DNA of 64,000 nucleotides from Mobula hypostoma (lineage: Eukaryota). Location of the stretch: the NCBI RefSeq assembly GCF_963921235.1, contig NC_086097.1, positions 211,918,001 to 211,982,000 on the forward strand, given 5' to 3'. Position 1 is the first letter of the stretch; every line of letters begins with the position of its first letter. Shown here one piece after another: positions 26,182 through 37,795 of this stretch. Position numbers and translations under genes: made by a program. Below the pieces are notes generated by a model. It was not told the DNA's origin. It was given only the letters and a program-made list of their open reading frames with translations, and ran no database searches.

Positions 26182-26477
26182 CTTTTTGCGTGCGCATGCA
26201 TCTGTGCGTGCGTCCGTGAGTGTGCGATGTTCGCAGGACGATGTCTTTTTCATGCCTTTACAAGGCTCGGAGTGAGATAGAGAGACTGTGTGGCGTGACA
26301 CTCCTCACACAGACATTTCGCAGTATTTTCCCCTTTATTTTATAAGGTCAAGTTGCGATCTCGACACTCAACCCAGCACGGATGGAAAGCGAACTCGGGA
26401 GCGGACCCGGCTGGGTTCGAACCCGAGAACCTCAGTTCCAGAGTACGGTGCTGATGTCATTGCACCACCAGCTGGCC
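26182..26477 (-). mobile_element. tRNA-derived SINE
   Basis: The - strand begins GGCCAGCTGGTGGTGCAATG (A box) and has GGTTCGAACCC (B box). It ends in (GCAC)n-like repeats plus an A tail. Degenerate 12-bp TSD gtNctNtaggtt. Confidence 0.8.
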
Positions 26478-27057
26478 GTGCTTTAGGTTTTCTCTGTTTT
26501 TATATCTTGATTTCTTGTTAAGTTCAGGGTCACCTGATTTAAATGCTGCAGAGCTAGACTTCAGAAGAGAGTGGATTACCCAGTTCATCTATGCTTTCTT
26601 GATTGGAAACACCCAGATTTGAGTGTCTTTAAAACCAAGACTTTTGGTCATCAGAAAGCCAAATACCCTGGCAGGGAATCAGTAGCATATTTGAAGAGAT
26701 TAAACAGATCTGGTTGAAGAATCATTACTGATGTGTGTATTGTCCAAACCAGACAATGGAGTGAAAGAAGTAGAAGTTGAATTTAAATGCATGACTAAAT
26801 GATAGTATGTGACTGCACCATCACCTCTAGCAGCGAGTTCCAGGTATCAAACACTCAATTTTCCCTCAAACCCCTTAAACTCTTTCCCCCTCTATGTACT
26901 TATATTTTGATATTACCACCTGAAAAAAGGATATGACTCTCCACTTTATTTATGCCTCTTATTTTATATAGCTCTATAATTGTCACCCATCAATCCAGCA
27001 AGAACAAATAGCCTATCCAATCTCTCTCCTTTACTAAAGTCTTCCAATCCTGGAAAC

Positions 27058-28480
27058 ATAAGACCTTAAGACGTAGGAGCCGAATTAGGCCAATTCACCC
27101 ATCGAGTCTGCTCCGCTATTCTATCATGGCTGATTCCAGATCACACTCAACCCCGTACACCTACCTTCACTTAATATCCTTTGATGCCCTGACCGATCAG
27201 GAAACGATCAACTTACCTTAAATATACCCACGGACTTGGCCTCCACTGCAGTCTGCGGCAGAGCATTCCACAGATTCACTACTCTCTGGCTAAAAAAAAT
27301 TCCTCCTTACCTCTGTTCGAAAAGGTTGCCTCTCAATTTCTCTAGTTCTGGATACCCCCACCACAGGAAACATACTGTCTGCATTCACCTTATCTACTCC
27401 TTTCAACATTCGGTAGGTTTTAATGAGATCACCCCACATTCTTCTAAATTCCAGTGAGTACAGGCTCAAACTTGCCAAACACTCCTCATATGTTAACCCT
27501 TTTATTCCCAGAGTCATCCTCGTGAACCTCCTCTAGACTCTCTCCAAAGACAACGCATCCATCATTCGGAGATATATGGCCCAAAACTGTTGGCAATACT
27601 CCAAGTGTGGCCTGACTAGTGTCTTATAAAGCCTCAGCATTATCTCCTTGCTTTTATAATCTCTTTCCCTTGCAATAAATACGAACATTTCATTTGCCAC
27701 CTTTACCACAGACTCAACCTGTAAATTAACCGACTGGGACTCTTGCACAAGACCTCCTAAGTCCCTCTGCACCCCTGATGTTTGAATTTTTTCCGCATTT
27801 AGATAACGGTCTGCACTATTGTTCCTTTTACCAAAATTGATCATCATACATTTCCAAACAATGTAATCTAACTGCCACATTTTTGCCCATTCTTCCAATA
27901 TGTCTTAAGTCCTGCTGCAATCACATTGCTCCCTCAGCATTACCTACCCCTCCATTTATCTTCGTATCATCTACAAACTTTGCCACAATGCCATCAGTTC
28001 CATTATCTAAATCACTGACAAACAATGCAAAAAGTAACCATCCTAATACTGACTCCTGAAGAACATCACTGGTCATTGGCAGCCAACCAGAAAAGGCCCC
28101 CTTTATTCTCATTCTTTGTCTCCTGCCTGTCAGCTATTCCTCTGTCCATTATGCCAGTATCTTTCCTGTAATGCTGTTTATCTTGTTAAACAGCCTCGTG
28201 TGGTGCCTTATCAAATGCCTTCTGAAAATCCACATAGATGACGTCCACTGCCTTTCCTTTGTCCATTCTGATTGTTACATCCTCAAAGAACAAACAGATA
28301 TTTATCAGGCAAGGTTTCCCTTCACAGAAACTATGCTGACTTTGACTTAATTTATTATTAGTCTTCAAGACCCCGAAATCTCATCCTTAATAATAGACTC
28401 CAACACTTTCCCAGCCACTGAGGTTAGGCTAACTGGTCTATAATTTCCTTTCCTTTGCCTTCCTCACTTCTTAAAGAGTA
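27058..28480 (-). mobile_element. CR1 LINE RT and 3' end
   Basis: ORF 28186..28368 (DFQKAFDK), ORF 27921..28112 (KFVDDTK) and ORF 27533..27898 (LVRPHLEYC). Confidence 0.88.
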
Positions 28481-28925
28481 TTTAATCTCTTCCGTTCTTT
28501 CTCTGGTGTAGTCTTATTCTTAAAAAAGCATGGCGATCTGAACTGCACACAGTGTGGTCTAATCAGTGTGGTGACCTGAGTCGCTATTTGAGGGAAAGAT
28601 GTCCCCATTGGTCTCTTATAGGTCTATGAAGGGAAAATATTATCCAAGCAGTTCCTTAAATGACTGCTCCCACTCTACCTGCCTCTCTTTATATCTGCCA
28701 TCAATCTCGCAGGTACTGTCAGTCCAGCTGTTGCTTCTAAGACTCGTCTCACTTATTCAGTCATTGTTTATTTGAGTAGATCCTACTACAAAAATCACAG
28801 CTAACTGTTCAGTTTTTTTTCACTTTTTAAAGTGATCTTAATTCTTGATTATCAATTATTCTGTGTGTATGAATTTCTTTTCCCAAAAATTTGTGTGACT
28901 TGTGTAGGTATTTGATTCTTGACAG

Positions 28926-29035
28926 GTTCAGATTTTGCTAAAGTTGTGGAAAAATGGCTTCAGCTTGGATGATGGAGAACTCAGAACCTACACAGACCCT
29001 AAAAACGCAGAGTTCTTGGAATCCATTAGCAGGGG
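28926..29035 (+). CDS. UBXN2B: SEP domain exon, [37 protein letters not shown]
   Basis: Acceptor ttcttgacag| and donor GG|gtaagt; 110 nt; [14 protein letters not shown] motif. Confidence 0.93.
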
Positions 29036-29770
29036 GTAAGTTTGTTCATAGAATGATTCTGATGTGGAAAAAAATTAATACAAGTATCATTTATGTTGTG
29101 TCAGAGAGTCATAGAAAAGTACAGCACAGAAACAGTCTCTTCAGCTCATCTGAACTGCCTCCTCCCATCAACCTGTCCCGGGACCGGGACAAGTGCTGGC
29201 AGCTTCTTCCACATGCTCATGACCCTCTGAGTGAAGAGGGTCACGAGCACGTGGAAGTTTATGCTCCCCTTAAACTTTTCACCTTTCATCCTTAACTCAC
29301 GACTTCTGGTTATAGTCTCACTCAACCTCAGTGGAAAAAGCTGGTTGTGTGTTTCCCTGTCATTATACTTTTTTCTTCTTCATATGTGCTATGGGTCATG
29401 TCCATTCAACCTTCCTTGACCATTATGTGGTGTACTATCTGTTTTAGAAACACAGAAAACCTACAGCACAATACAGGCCCTTCGGCCCACAAAGTTGTGC
29501 CAAACATGTCCCTACCTTAGAATTTACTAGGCTTACCCATAGCCCTATATTGTTCTAAGCTCCATGTACCTATGCAAAAGTCTCTTAAAAGACCCTATCG
29601 TATACTAATATTTATTTTCCCTTTCCTTGCTATTCTTCTTTCACTTTTGTCCTATCTTTCTCATGGCTCATTCAGTCAGAGTTCAATTACTTTGGCATGT
29701 TTGCAACAACTTCGAGCTTGTCTGACATTTAAAGCATTTAAGCTCTGTTCCTTATGTGCATTCTATCCAG

Positions 29771-29908
29771 GGAAATTCCTGCGGAGCTCCAAAAATTGGT
29801 TCATAGAAGTCAAGTAAGTTTGGATATGGAGGATCACAGAAGTGAAGAATATTTAAAGCACAAGTTGAAGTTTAAGGCATTTTCTGGAGATGGACAAAAA
29901 TTGGGAAG
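29771..29908 (+). CDS. UBXN2B: SEP C-terminus and second SHP box, [46 protein letters not shown]
   Basis: Acceptor ttctatccag| and donor AG|gtagga; 138 nt; [12 protein letters not shown] box. Confidence 0.93.
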
Positions 29909-30072
29909 GTAGGAAATAAGTATCTGGCTTTTCATATTCCAGTTTGTAGATTATTACCTCTATAGAACTTTATTTAGAAAGTTGCTAGAGAAAAAAAATT
30001 GGAATAAACCCCAAGCTAAAAATCAACTTTCTCCAAGAGGACCACAACCTTGCTAGTTAAAAACAAATTGTT

Positions 30073-33000
30073 ACAATAGACAATAGGTGCAGGAGTAGGC
30101 CATTCAGCCCTTCGAGCCAGCACCGCCATTCACTGTGATCATGGCTGATCATCCACTATCAGTATCCAGTTCCTGCCTTATCCCTATAACCTTAGATTCC
30201 GCTATCTTTAAGAGCTCTATCCATCTCTTTTTTGAAGGCATCCAAAGACTTGGCCTCCACAGCCTTCTGGGGCAGAGCATTCCATATATCCACCACTCCC
30301 TGGGTGAAAAAGTTTTTCCTCAACTCCGTTCTAAATGGCCTAACCCTAATTCTTAAACTGTGGCTTCTGGTTCTGGACTCGCCCATCAGCGGGAACATGC
30401 TTCCTGCCTGCAGCATGTCCAATCCCTTAATAATCTTATATGTTTCAATAAGATCCCCTCTCAGCCTTCTAAATTCTAGAGTATACAAGCCCAGTTGCTC
30501 CAATCTTTCAACATATGACAGTCCCGCCATCCCAGGAATTAACCTTGTGAAACTACACTACACTCCCTCAATAGCAAGAATGTCCTTCCTCAAATTTGGA
30601 GACCAAAACTGCACACAGTACTCCAGGTGTGGTCTCACCAGGGCCCTGTACAGCTGCAGAAGGACCTCTTTGCTCTTATACTCAATTCCCCTTGTTATGA
30701 AGGCCAGCATACCATTAGCTTTCTTCACTGCCTGCTGTACTTGCATGCTTGTTTTCAGTGACTGATGTACAAGAACATCTAGATCTCGTTGTGCTTCCCC
30801 TTTTCCTAACTTGACTCCATTTAGATAATAATCTGCCTTCCCGTTCTTACCACCAAAGTGGATAACCTCACATTTATCCACATTAAACTGCATCTGCCAT
30901 GCATCAGCCCACTCACCCAGCCTGTCCAAGTCACCCTGCATTCTCATAACATCCTCCTCACATTTCACACTGTCACCCAGCTTTGTGTCATCGGCAAAAT
31001 TGCTAATGTTACTTTTAATTCCCTCATCTAAATCATTAATATATATTGTAAACAGCTGCGATCCCAACACTGAACCCTGCGGTATCCCACTGGTCACCGC
31101 CTGCCATTCCGAAAGGGACCCGTTAATCGCTACTCTTTGTTTTCTGTCAGCCAGCCAATTTCCAATCCATGTCAGTACTCTGCCCCCAATACCATGTGCC
31201 CTAATTTTGCCCACTGATCTCCTATGTGGGACTTTATCAAAGGCTTCCTAAAAGTCCAGTTACACTACATCCACTGGCTCTCCCTTGTCCATTTTCATAG
31301 TTACATCCTCAAAAAAAATTCCAGAAGATTAGTCAAGCACGATTTCCCCTTCGTAAATCCATGCTGACTCGGACCAATCCTGTTACTACTGTCCAGATGT
31401 GTTTTAATTTCATCTTTTATAGTTGACTCCAGCATCTTTCCCACCACCGTCGTCAGGCTAACCGGTCTATAATTCCCTGTTTTCTCTCTTCCTCCCTTCT
31501 TGAAGAGAGGGACAACATTAACCACCCCCAATCCACAGGAACTGATCCTGAATCTATAGAACATTGGAAAATTATTACCAATGCGTCCACACTTTCTAAA
31601 GCCACCTCCTTAAGTACCCTGGGATGCAAACCACCAGGTCCCGGGGACTTACCAGCCTTCAGACCCAACAGCCTATCCAACACCATTTCCTGCCTAATAT
31701 AAATTTCCTTCAATTCATCCATTACCCTCGGTCCTTTGGCCACTATTACATCTGGGAGATTGTTTGCGTCTTCCCTAGTGAAGACAGATCCAAAGTACCT
31801 GTGCAACTCATCTGCCATTTCCTTGTTCCCCATAATAAATTCACCTGCTTCTGTCTTCAAGGGCCCAGTTTTGGTCTTAACTATTTTTTTCCTTTTCACA
31901 TACCTAAAGAAGCTTTTACTATCCTCCTTTATATTCTTGGCTAATTTACCTTCGTACCTCATTTTTTCTCCATGTATTGCCTTTTTAGTTACCTTCTGTT
32001 GCTCTTTAAAAGTTTCCCAATCCTCCGGCTTCCCACTCGTCTTTGCTGTGTTATACTCTTTTATTTTTATACTGTCTATTACTTCCCTTGTCAGCCATGG
32101 CCTCCCCTTACTCCCCTTAGGATCTTTCTTCCTCTTTGGAACGAACTGATCCTGCACCTTCCGCATTATTCCCAGAAACATTTGCCATTGTTGTTCCACT
32201 GTCATCCCTGCTAGGGTATTGTTCCATTAAACTTTGGCCAGCTCCTCCCTCATAGCACCATAGTTCCCTTTGTTCAACTATAATACTGACACTTCCAAGT
32301 TTCCCTTCTCTCTCTCAAATTGTAGATTAAAACTTATCATATTATGGTCACTACCTCCTAATGGCTCCTTTACCTCGAGGTCCCTGATCAAATCCGGTTC
32401 ATTGCACAACACTAAATCTAGAATTGCGTTCTCTCTGGTAGGCTCCAGTACAAGCTGTTCTAAGAATCCAGCTCGGAGGGACTCCACAAACTCCCTTTCT
32501 TGGGGTCCAGTACCAACCTGATTCCTCCAGTCTACCTGCATGTTGAAAGCCCCCATAACAACTGTAGCATTACCTTTGCGACATGCCAATTTTAACTCTT
32601 GATTCAACTTACACCCTACATCCAGACTACTGTTTGGGGGCCTGTAGATAACTCCCATTAGGGTCTTAGAATTTCTCAGTTTTATCCATACTGACTCTAC
32701 GTCTCCTGATTCTATGTCCCCCCTCGCAAGGGACTGAATATCATTCCTCACCAACAGAGCCACCCCCCCCCGCCCATCAGTCTGTCCTTTCGATAGGACG
32801 TATACCCTTGAATATTCATTTCCCAGGCCCTGTCCACTTGAAGCCATGTCTCTGTTATTCCCACAACATCATACTTACCAATTTCCAGCTGTGCCTCAAG
32901 CTCATCCACTTTATTTCTTATACTTCGTGCATTCATATTTAATACTTTTAATTCATTACTCCCTCACCTCCCATATCAATTCCTATTTCACTTGGCCATA

Positions 33001-34235
33001 CTGTACGATCCCTTCTTGAGCTTTCTGCTCTGTTGATTCTGCTGTCATTCTTAACTTTTCTTATTCTCACTTTCCCTTTATCTCCATCATTATGTTTCCA
33101 GTTTGTCCCCTCCCCCCCACTACTTAGTTTAAACACACCCGTGTTGCAGAGGCAAACCTGCCTGCCAGAATGCTGGTGCCCCGCTTATTAAGGTGCAACC
33201 CGTCCCTTTTGTACAATTCATCCTCACCCCGAAATATACCCCAGTGGTCCAAGAATGTAAATCCTTGCTTCCTGCACCAGTTCCTCAGCCACACATTCAG
33301 ATCCATTATCTCCCTGTTCTTGACCACTCCAGCACGGGGAACTGGAAGCAAGCTGGAGATAACCACCCTGGAAGTCCTGCTTTTCAGCCTTCTTCCGAGT
33401 TCTCTGAAGTCGAGCTTTAGCATGTCTTTCCTCTTCTTCCCCATGTCATTTGTGCCGACATGCACCACCACTTACGGATGTTCACCTTCACCCTTGTGGA
33501 TTCCCTGCAATTGGTCCATGACATCCTGGATCCTGGCACCAGGGAGGCAACACACCATCCTTAAATCTCGCCTGTTGCCACAGAAATCCCTTTCTGTACC
33601 TCTCACTATGGAGTCCCCTACTACCACAGCTCTGCCTGACGTCTGTCTCCTCGACTTTGCCTCAGCGCCAATTGTTGACTCGCAAACCCATCCGCCTCTC
33701 AAACTGGCACTGTCTTCTGTCCCGACAGCTTCCAAGAGGGAGAACCTGTTTACAATAGGCACATCCCCTGGGGTCTCCTGTACTTCAAACATCCTTTCCT
33801 TGCTCATCGTCGTCCTCCTTCTTCCTTCCTGTATCCTGGGTGTAATGACCTCACTGTAGGTCCTGTCCAGAAAACTCTCGTTTTCCCGGATTAACATAAT
33901 GTCATCCAGTTGCCTCTCCAGTGCTGCAACACAGTCCTTCAGAAGCTGAATCTGGACACATTTTCTGCAGGTGTAGGAGCCAGAGGCACTATCAGTGTCC
34001 CTGACCTCCCACATCATGCACGCAGCACACTGAATCAGTCTGGTCATCTCTTCTCCACTTCTCACCCTCTCCAACTGTGGCGTAGTCTCCTCTCTCAACC
34101 TCCTCGCTGAAGACTCCTGAGACAAAGACTTGCACTTTTCTCGCAAGGCACTTCCCTCGATAAGGTCGCTCCCTGACAGAAACCGAAACAAACAGCAGTG
34201 GGAAAAAACCTTTATTGCTGCCCTAAATGCCAGTG
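30073..34235 (-). mobile_element. Near-full-length CR1 LINE: ORF1 (zinc finger, coiled coil, SGNH esterase) and ORF2 (APE endonuclease and RT)
   Basis: ORF1 has CAAC...CRKC, VVVGDSIVRG, GTND and DGLHL. ORF2 has NARSIRNK, GITETW, GSDHNMI, NYRPVSLT, PQGSVLG and FADDTK, with a few frameshifts and an (attgtct)n tail. Confidence 0.93.
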
Positions 34236-34313
34236 GTGTAATGGGCAATGAGTAAGTAAATAAAAATCAAAATAACAGCCAACCCAGTTATAGAGTAATA
34301 TAGCATGAAAACA

Positions 34314-34888
34314 ACAGGAATTCTGCAGATGCTGGAAATTCAAGCAACATACATCAAAGTTGCTGGTGAACGCAGCAGGCCAGGCAGCATCTATAGGAAG
34401 AGGCGCAGTCGACGTTTCAGGCCGAGACCCTTCGTCAGGACTAACTGAAGGAAGAGTGAGTAAGGGATTTGAAAGCTGGAGGGGGAGGGGGAGATGCAAA
34501 ATGATAGGAGAAGACAGGAGGGGGAGGGATGGAGCCGAGAGCTGGACAGGTGATAGGCAGAAGGGGATACGAGAGGATCATGGGACAGGAGGTCCGGGAA
34601 GAAAGACGGGGGGGGGGTGACCCAGAGGATGGGCAAGAGGTATATTCAGAGGGACAGAGGGAGAAAAAGGAGAGTGAGAGAAAGAATGTGTGCATTAAAA
34701 AGAGTAACAGATGGGGTACGAGGGGGAGGTGGGGCCTAGCGGAAGTTAGAGAAGTCAATGTTCATGCCATCAGGTTGGAGGCTACCCAGACGGAATATAA
34801 GGTGTTGTTCCTCCAACCTGAGTGTGGCTTCATCTTTACAGTAGAGGAGGCCGTGGATAGACATGTCAGAATGGGAATGGGATGTGGA
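34314..34888 (-). mobile_element. Penelope 3' fragment (end of GIY-YIG region plus terminal repeat)
   Basis: Near-identical to 22380-22958 in reverse. 14-bp TSD atagcatgaaaaca at 34300-34313 and 34889-34902, inserted into a CR1 tail. Confidence 0.9.
34407..34442 (-). ncRNA. Minimal type I hammerhead ribozyme motif with an intact core
   Basis: - strand AGUC-CUGACGA-AGGGUCUCGGCCU-GAAA-C-GUC-GACU: helix I AGUC/GACU, conserved core, helix II, palindromic ACGU helix III and a GUC cleavage triplet. Confidence 0.8.
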
Positions 34889-35235
34889 ATAGCATGAAAA
34901 CAGTTCCTTTGCCCCAGCTCAGCCTTCCTTACCATGGGACCCAGCAAGCTAGTCCCAATTACCCATATTTAGCCTCTATTCTTCTAAATCTTTCCTATCC
35001 ATGCGGTTATCCAAATGTATTTTAAATGTTGTTATTGTACCTGCCTGAATCACTTCCTGTGGCAGCTCATTCTACATATGAAGAAATTGTTACTCGGGTC
35101 CTGATCTTTGAAAATGGTAAATATGCTTAACATTTGCTTACAAAAGTTTAAAACCTGGAATTTTATATGGAGTCAAAAGAATTATGTTAGGTTGGGGGAG
35201 GGGTCTTTCTTTAAAATAAGTCACGTTAATATTAA

Positions 35236-35520
35236 GCAAAAATCTGCAGATGCTGGAAATCCAAGCAACAGGCGCACAAAATGCTGGAGGAACTGAGCAG
35301 GCCAGACAGCATCCATGGAAAAGAGTAAAGTTGACGTTTCGGGCCGAGACCCTTCAGCAGAACTGGAGAAAAAAAGATGGAGTCAGAGTTAAAAGGTAAC
35401 TCTACTCCTCATTTTTTTTTCTCTCTAGTCCTGATGGGTCTTGGCCCAAAACTTTGACCATACTCTTTTCCATAGATACTGCCTGGCCTACTGAGTTCCT
35501 CCAGCATTTTGTGTGTGTTG
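35236..35520. mobile_element. Penelope-derived fold-back element with two opposed hammerhead motifs
   Basis: Inverted arms; hammerhead variants at 35329-35364 (-) and about 35427-35459 (+); 6-bp TSD tattaa. Confidence 0.85.
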
Positions 35521-36210
35521 TATTAACATTAATTACTTTGCTGAGCCGTATTTCTTAATGTCAATTAATTATGTTGTAAAACTTCATTAATCTGGCATGC
35601 TGGAAGTTTTGGAGCCAGACTGGCAGATTTTCTAGACTCTTGGATATTATTCCAATTAACACCCTTACATTTTTAATTCACTTTTTATTTTCAGTAGTGT
35701 TACACATCAGTATCATGAATTTTCTAACAAGCCCAGTTCATTTAAAATAAGTGTGGGAAATTGCCCCAATGTATTTAAAGGGAGTGTAGGGACTGGGGCT
35801 CCAGTGGAGGCGCTGATGTATTAATAGAAGCACAGGAATCCATACCCGGTGAATTAACTGCTAAAACACTGTTAATTCCATACATTCATATAGTGGATTA
35901 TCATTGTTTTACTGTATTTGATTCTTGTATTTTTCCCTTTTAATTTTTTAACCTATCCCTGTGTAAATTAATCTAAGTATTATATTTCTTACTTCAATTC
36001 CTCTAATGTCCGGTGGAAGTCAAAACTGCTTTTTATCTGTTCTGAAGATAAATGATTGACCCAGACTCTGGACTAGTAGTATTTGAAAATATAATCCATG
36101 TCTCATGTATATTAATTGAATTTTTTTTTGTATTTCTTAAAATTGTTGCTTATCCAGAAAATGTTTTGTGCTTGTGGCAATCTTGAATCATCTTTTGTTC
36201 TTTTATACAG

Positions 36211-36369
36211 CCCCACTCCGACTATAGTTAGCACTCCGTCTTCCCCAGAAGAGGAATTCAAATACTTTGTTAATGTTTTGAACGTGAATGAATCTGAGCC
36301 AACTACCAACATTCAAATTCGTCTCGCAGATGGGAGTCGCTTAGTGCAGAAATTTAATCAAACTCATAG
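36211..36369 (+). CDS. UBXN2B: Linker and UBX N-terminus, [53 protein letters not shown]
   Basis: Lies within ORF 36116..36373; acceptor ttttatacag| and donor AG|gtaagg; 159 nt. Confidence 0.93.
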
Positions 36370-37019
36370 GTAAGGAATTATATGGGTCTCACTTTGCAAT
36401 ATCAAAGAATATCTTTCATGTGATTTGCAGAGATCCAAAAGTAAATTCAAAGCTATGTCAACTAATTCTTGTTTTATTATTGGAGCACTTGCAACAGGAC
36501 TGAGCTGACAATGTCACTTTAACATTCTGCTTTCTTTTATTCAAGCTATCTTCAGTGTAAAAGATCTCAAGCTTTTATGTGAAGAACAATACAATGTAGA
36601 AAATACAACATAATCTGAGATTATAATTAAACTAGTAAAGGAATGCTAAGTAATAATCTCTGAGATTATTACTAAAGTGACCCTGAAAGACTATTACCAA
36701 AGGGTATCTGACCAGTGATTTTGCTTGAGTTTTATTAAGTAGAATTGACTGTACCATGTCTTTCTTTGTAGTGATGGAAGGTTGTAAGATTTTTAGAAAT
36801 CGTATTCTTTGTTATAGCATTTGTAAGCAGGATTGATATTGTTGACTTTAAGGGTTTTGTTCTAGCACAGAAGGGAAGTTGCTGGTGTTATTTAAATGTA
36901 CCTTGCTGCTCCTGCACTTTGGATAGTACATATGACCCAAGGAGAAGGTCCAACATTGTAGAAATATTCACACTGAGATTCAGACACTTCGCCTTTGGTA
37001 ACTTTGTCCTACACAATGT

Positions 37020-37795
37020 CAGCAAATAGAGAGGGTCAGCAACTTTAGATTCTTCAGTGTTATCATTTCAGAGGACATAAGTACAATTACAAAGAAAGCA
37101 AGGCATCACCTCTACTTTCTTAGGAGTTTGCAAATATTTAGCATGATATATAAAACTTTGACCAACTTCTATAGATGTATGGTGGAGAGTATATTGACTG
37201 ACGGCATTACAGTCTGGTATGCAAACACCAATGCCCCTGAATGGGAAATCCTACAAAAAGTAGTGGATATGGCCCATTCTATCACGGTTAAAGCTCTCCC
37301 CACCGAGCACATCTACATGGAGCATTGTCGCAGGAAACCAGCATCCATCTGCAGGAATCCCCACCATCCTGCTCAAGTTTTTTTCTCAATGTTGCCAATG
37401 AGAAGGTGATACAGGAGCCTCAGGACTCGCATTACCAGATTCAGGAACAGTATTACCCCTCAACCATCAGACTTTTGAATCAAAGGGGGTAACTTCACTT
37501 GCCCCTTCACTGAAATGTTCACACAACCTGTGGACTCACTCTCACGGACTCTTCATTTCATGTTGGCAATATCTATTGTTTGCTTTTTTATTTATTATTT
37601 CCGTCTTTTTTGTATTTGCACAGTTTGTCTTTTGCACACTGGTTGAACGCCCAGTTGGTGCTTTCTTTCATTGATTCTAGTATGATTATTATTCTATTAT
37701 GGATTTATTAAGTATGCCCACAAAAAATGAATTTTAGGGTTGTATGTATATGGTGATAAATATATACGAGATAATAAATTTACTTTGAACTTTGA
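37020..37795 (+). mobile_element. Rex/Babar-type LINE 3' end
   Basis: ORF 37128..37409 (FYRCMVESILTDGITVWY); (actttga)n tail. Confidence 0.78.

Noticed and set aside
26400..26477. Possible tRNA gene
   Set aside because: It has A and B boxes but no convincing cloverleaf, and it continues into a SINE body with a tail and TSD.
33170..33859. 229-aa + strand ORF and similar long ORFs (30232..30765, 31736..32149, 4026..4553)
   Set aside because: These are antisense shadows of CR1 coding sequence, with no independent protein motif.
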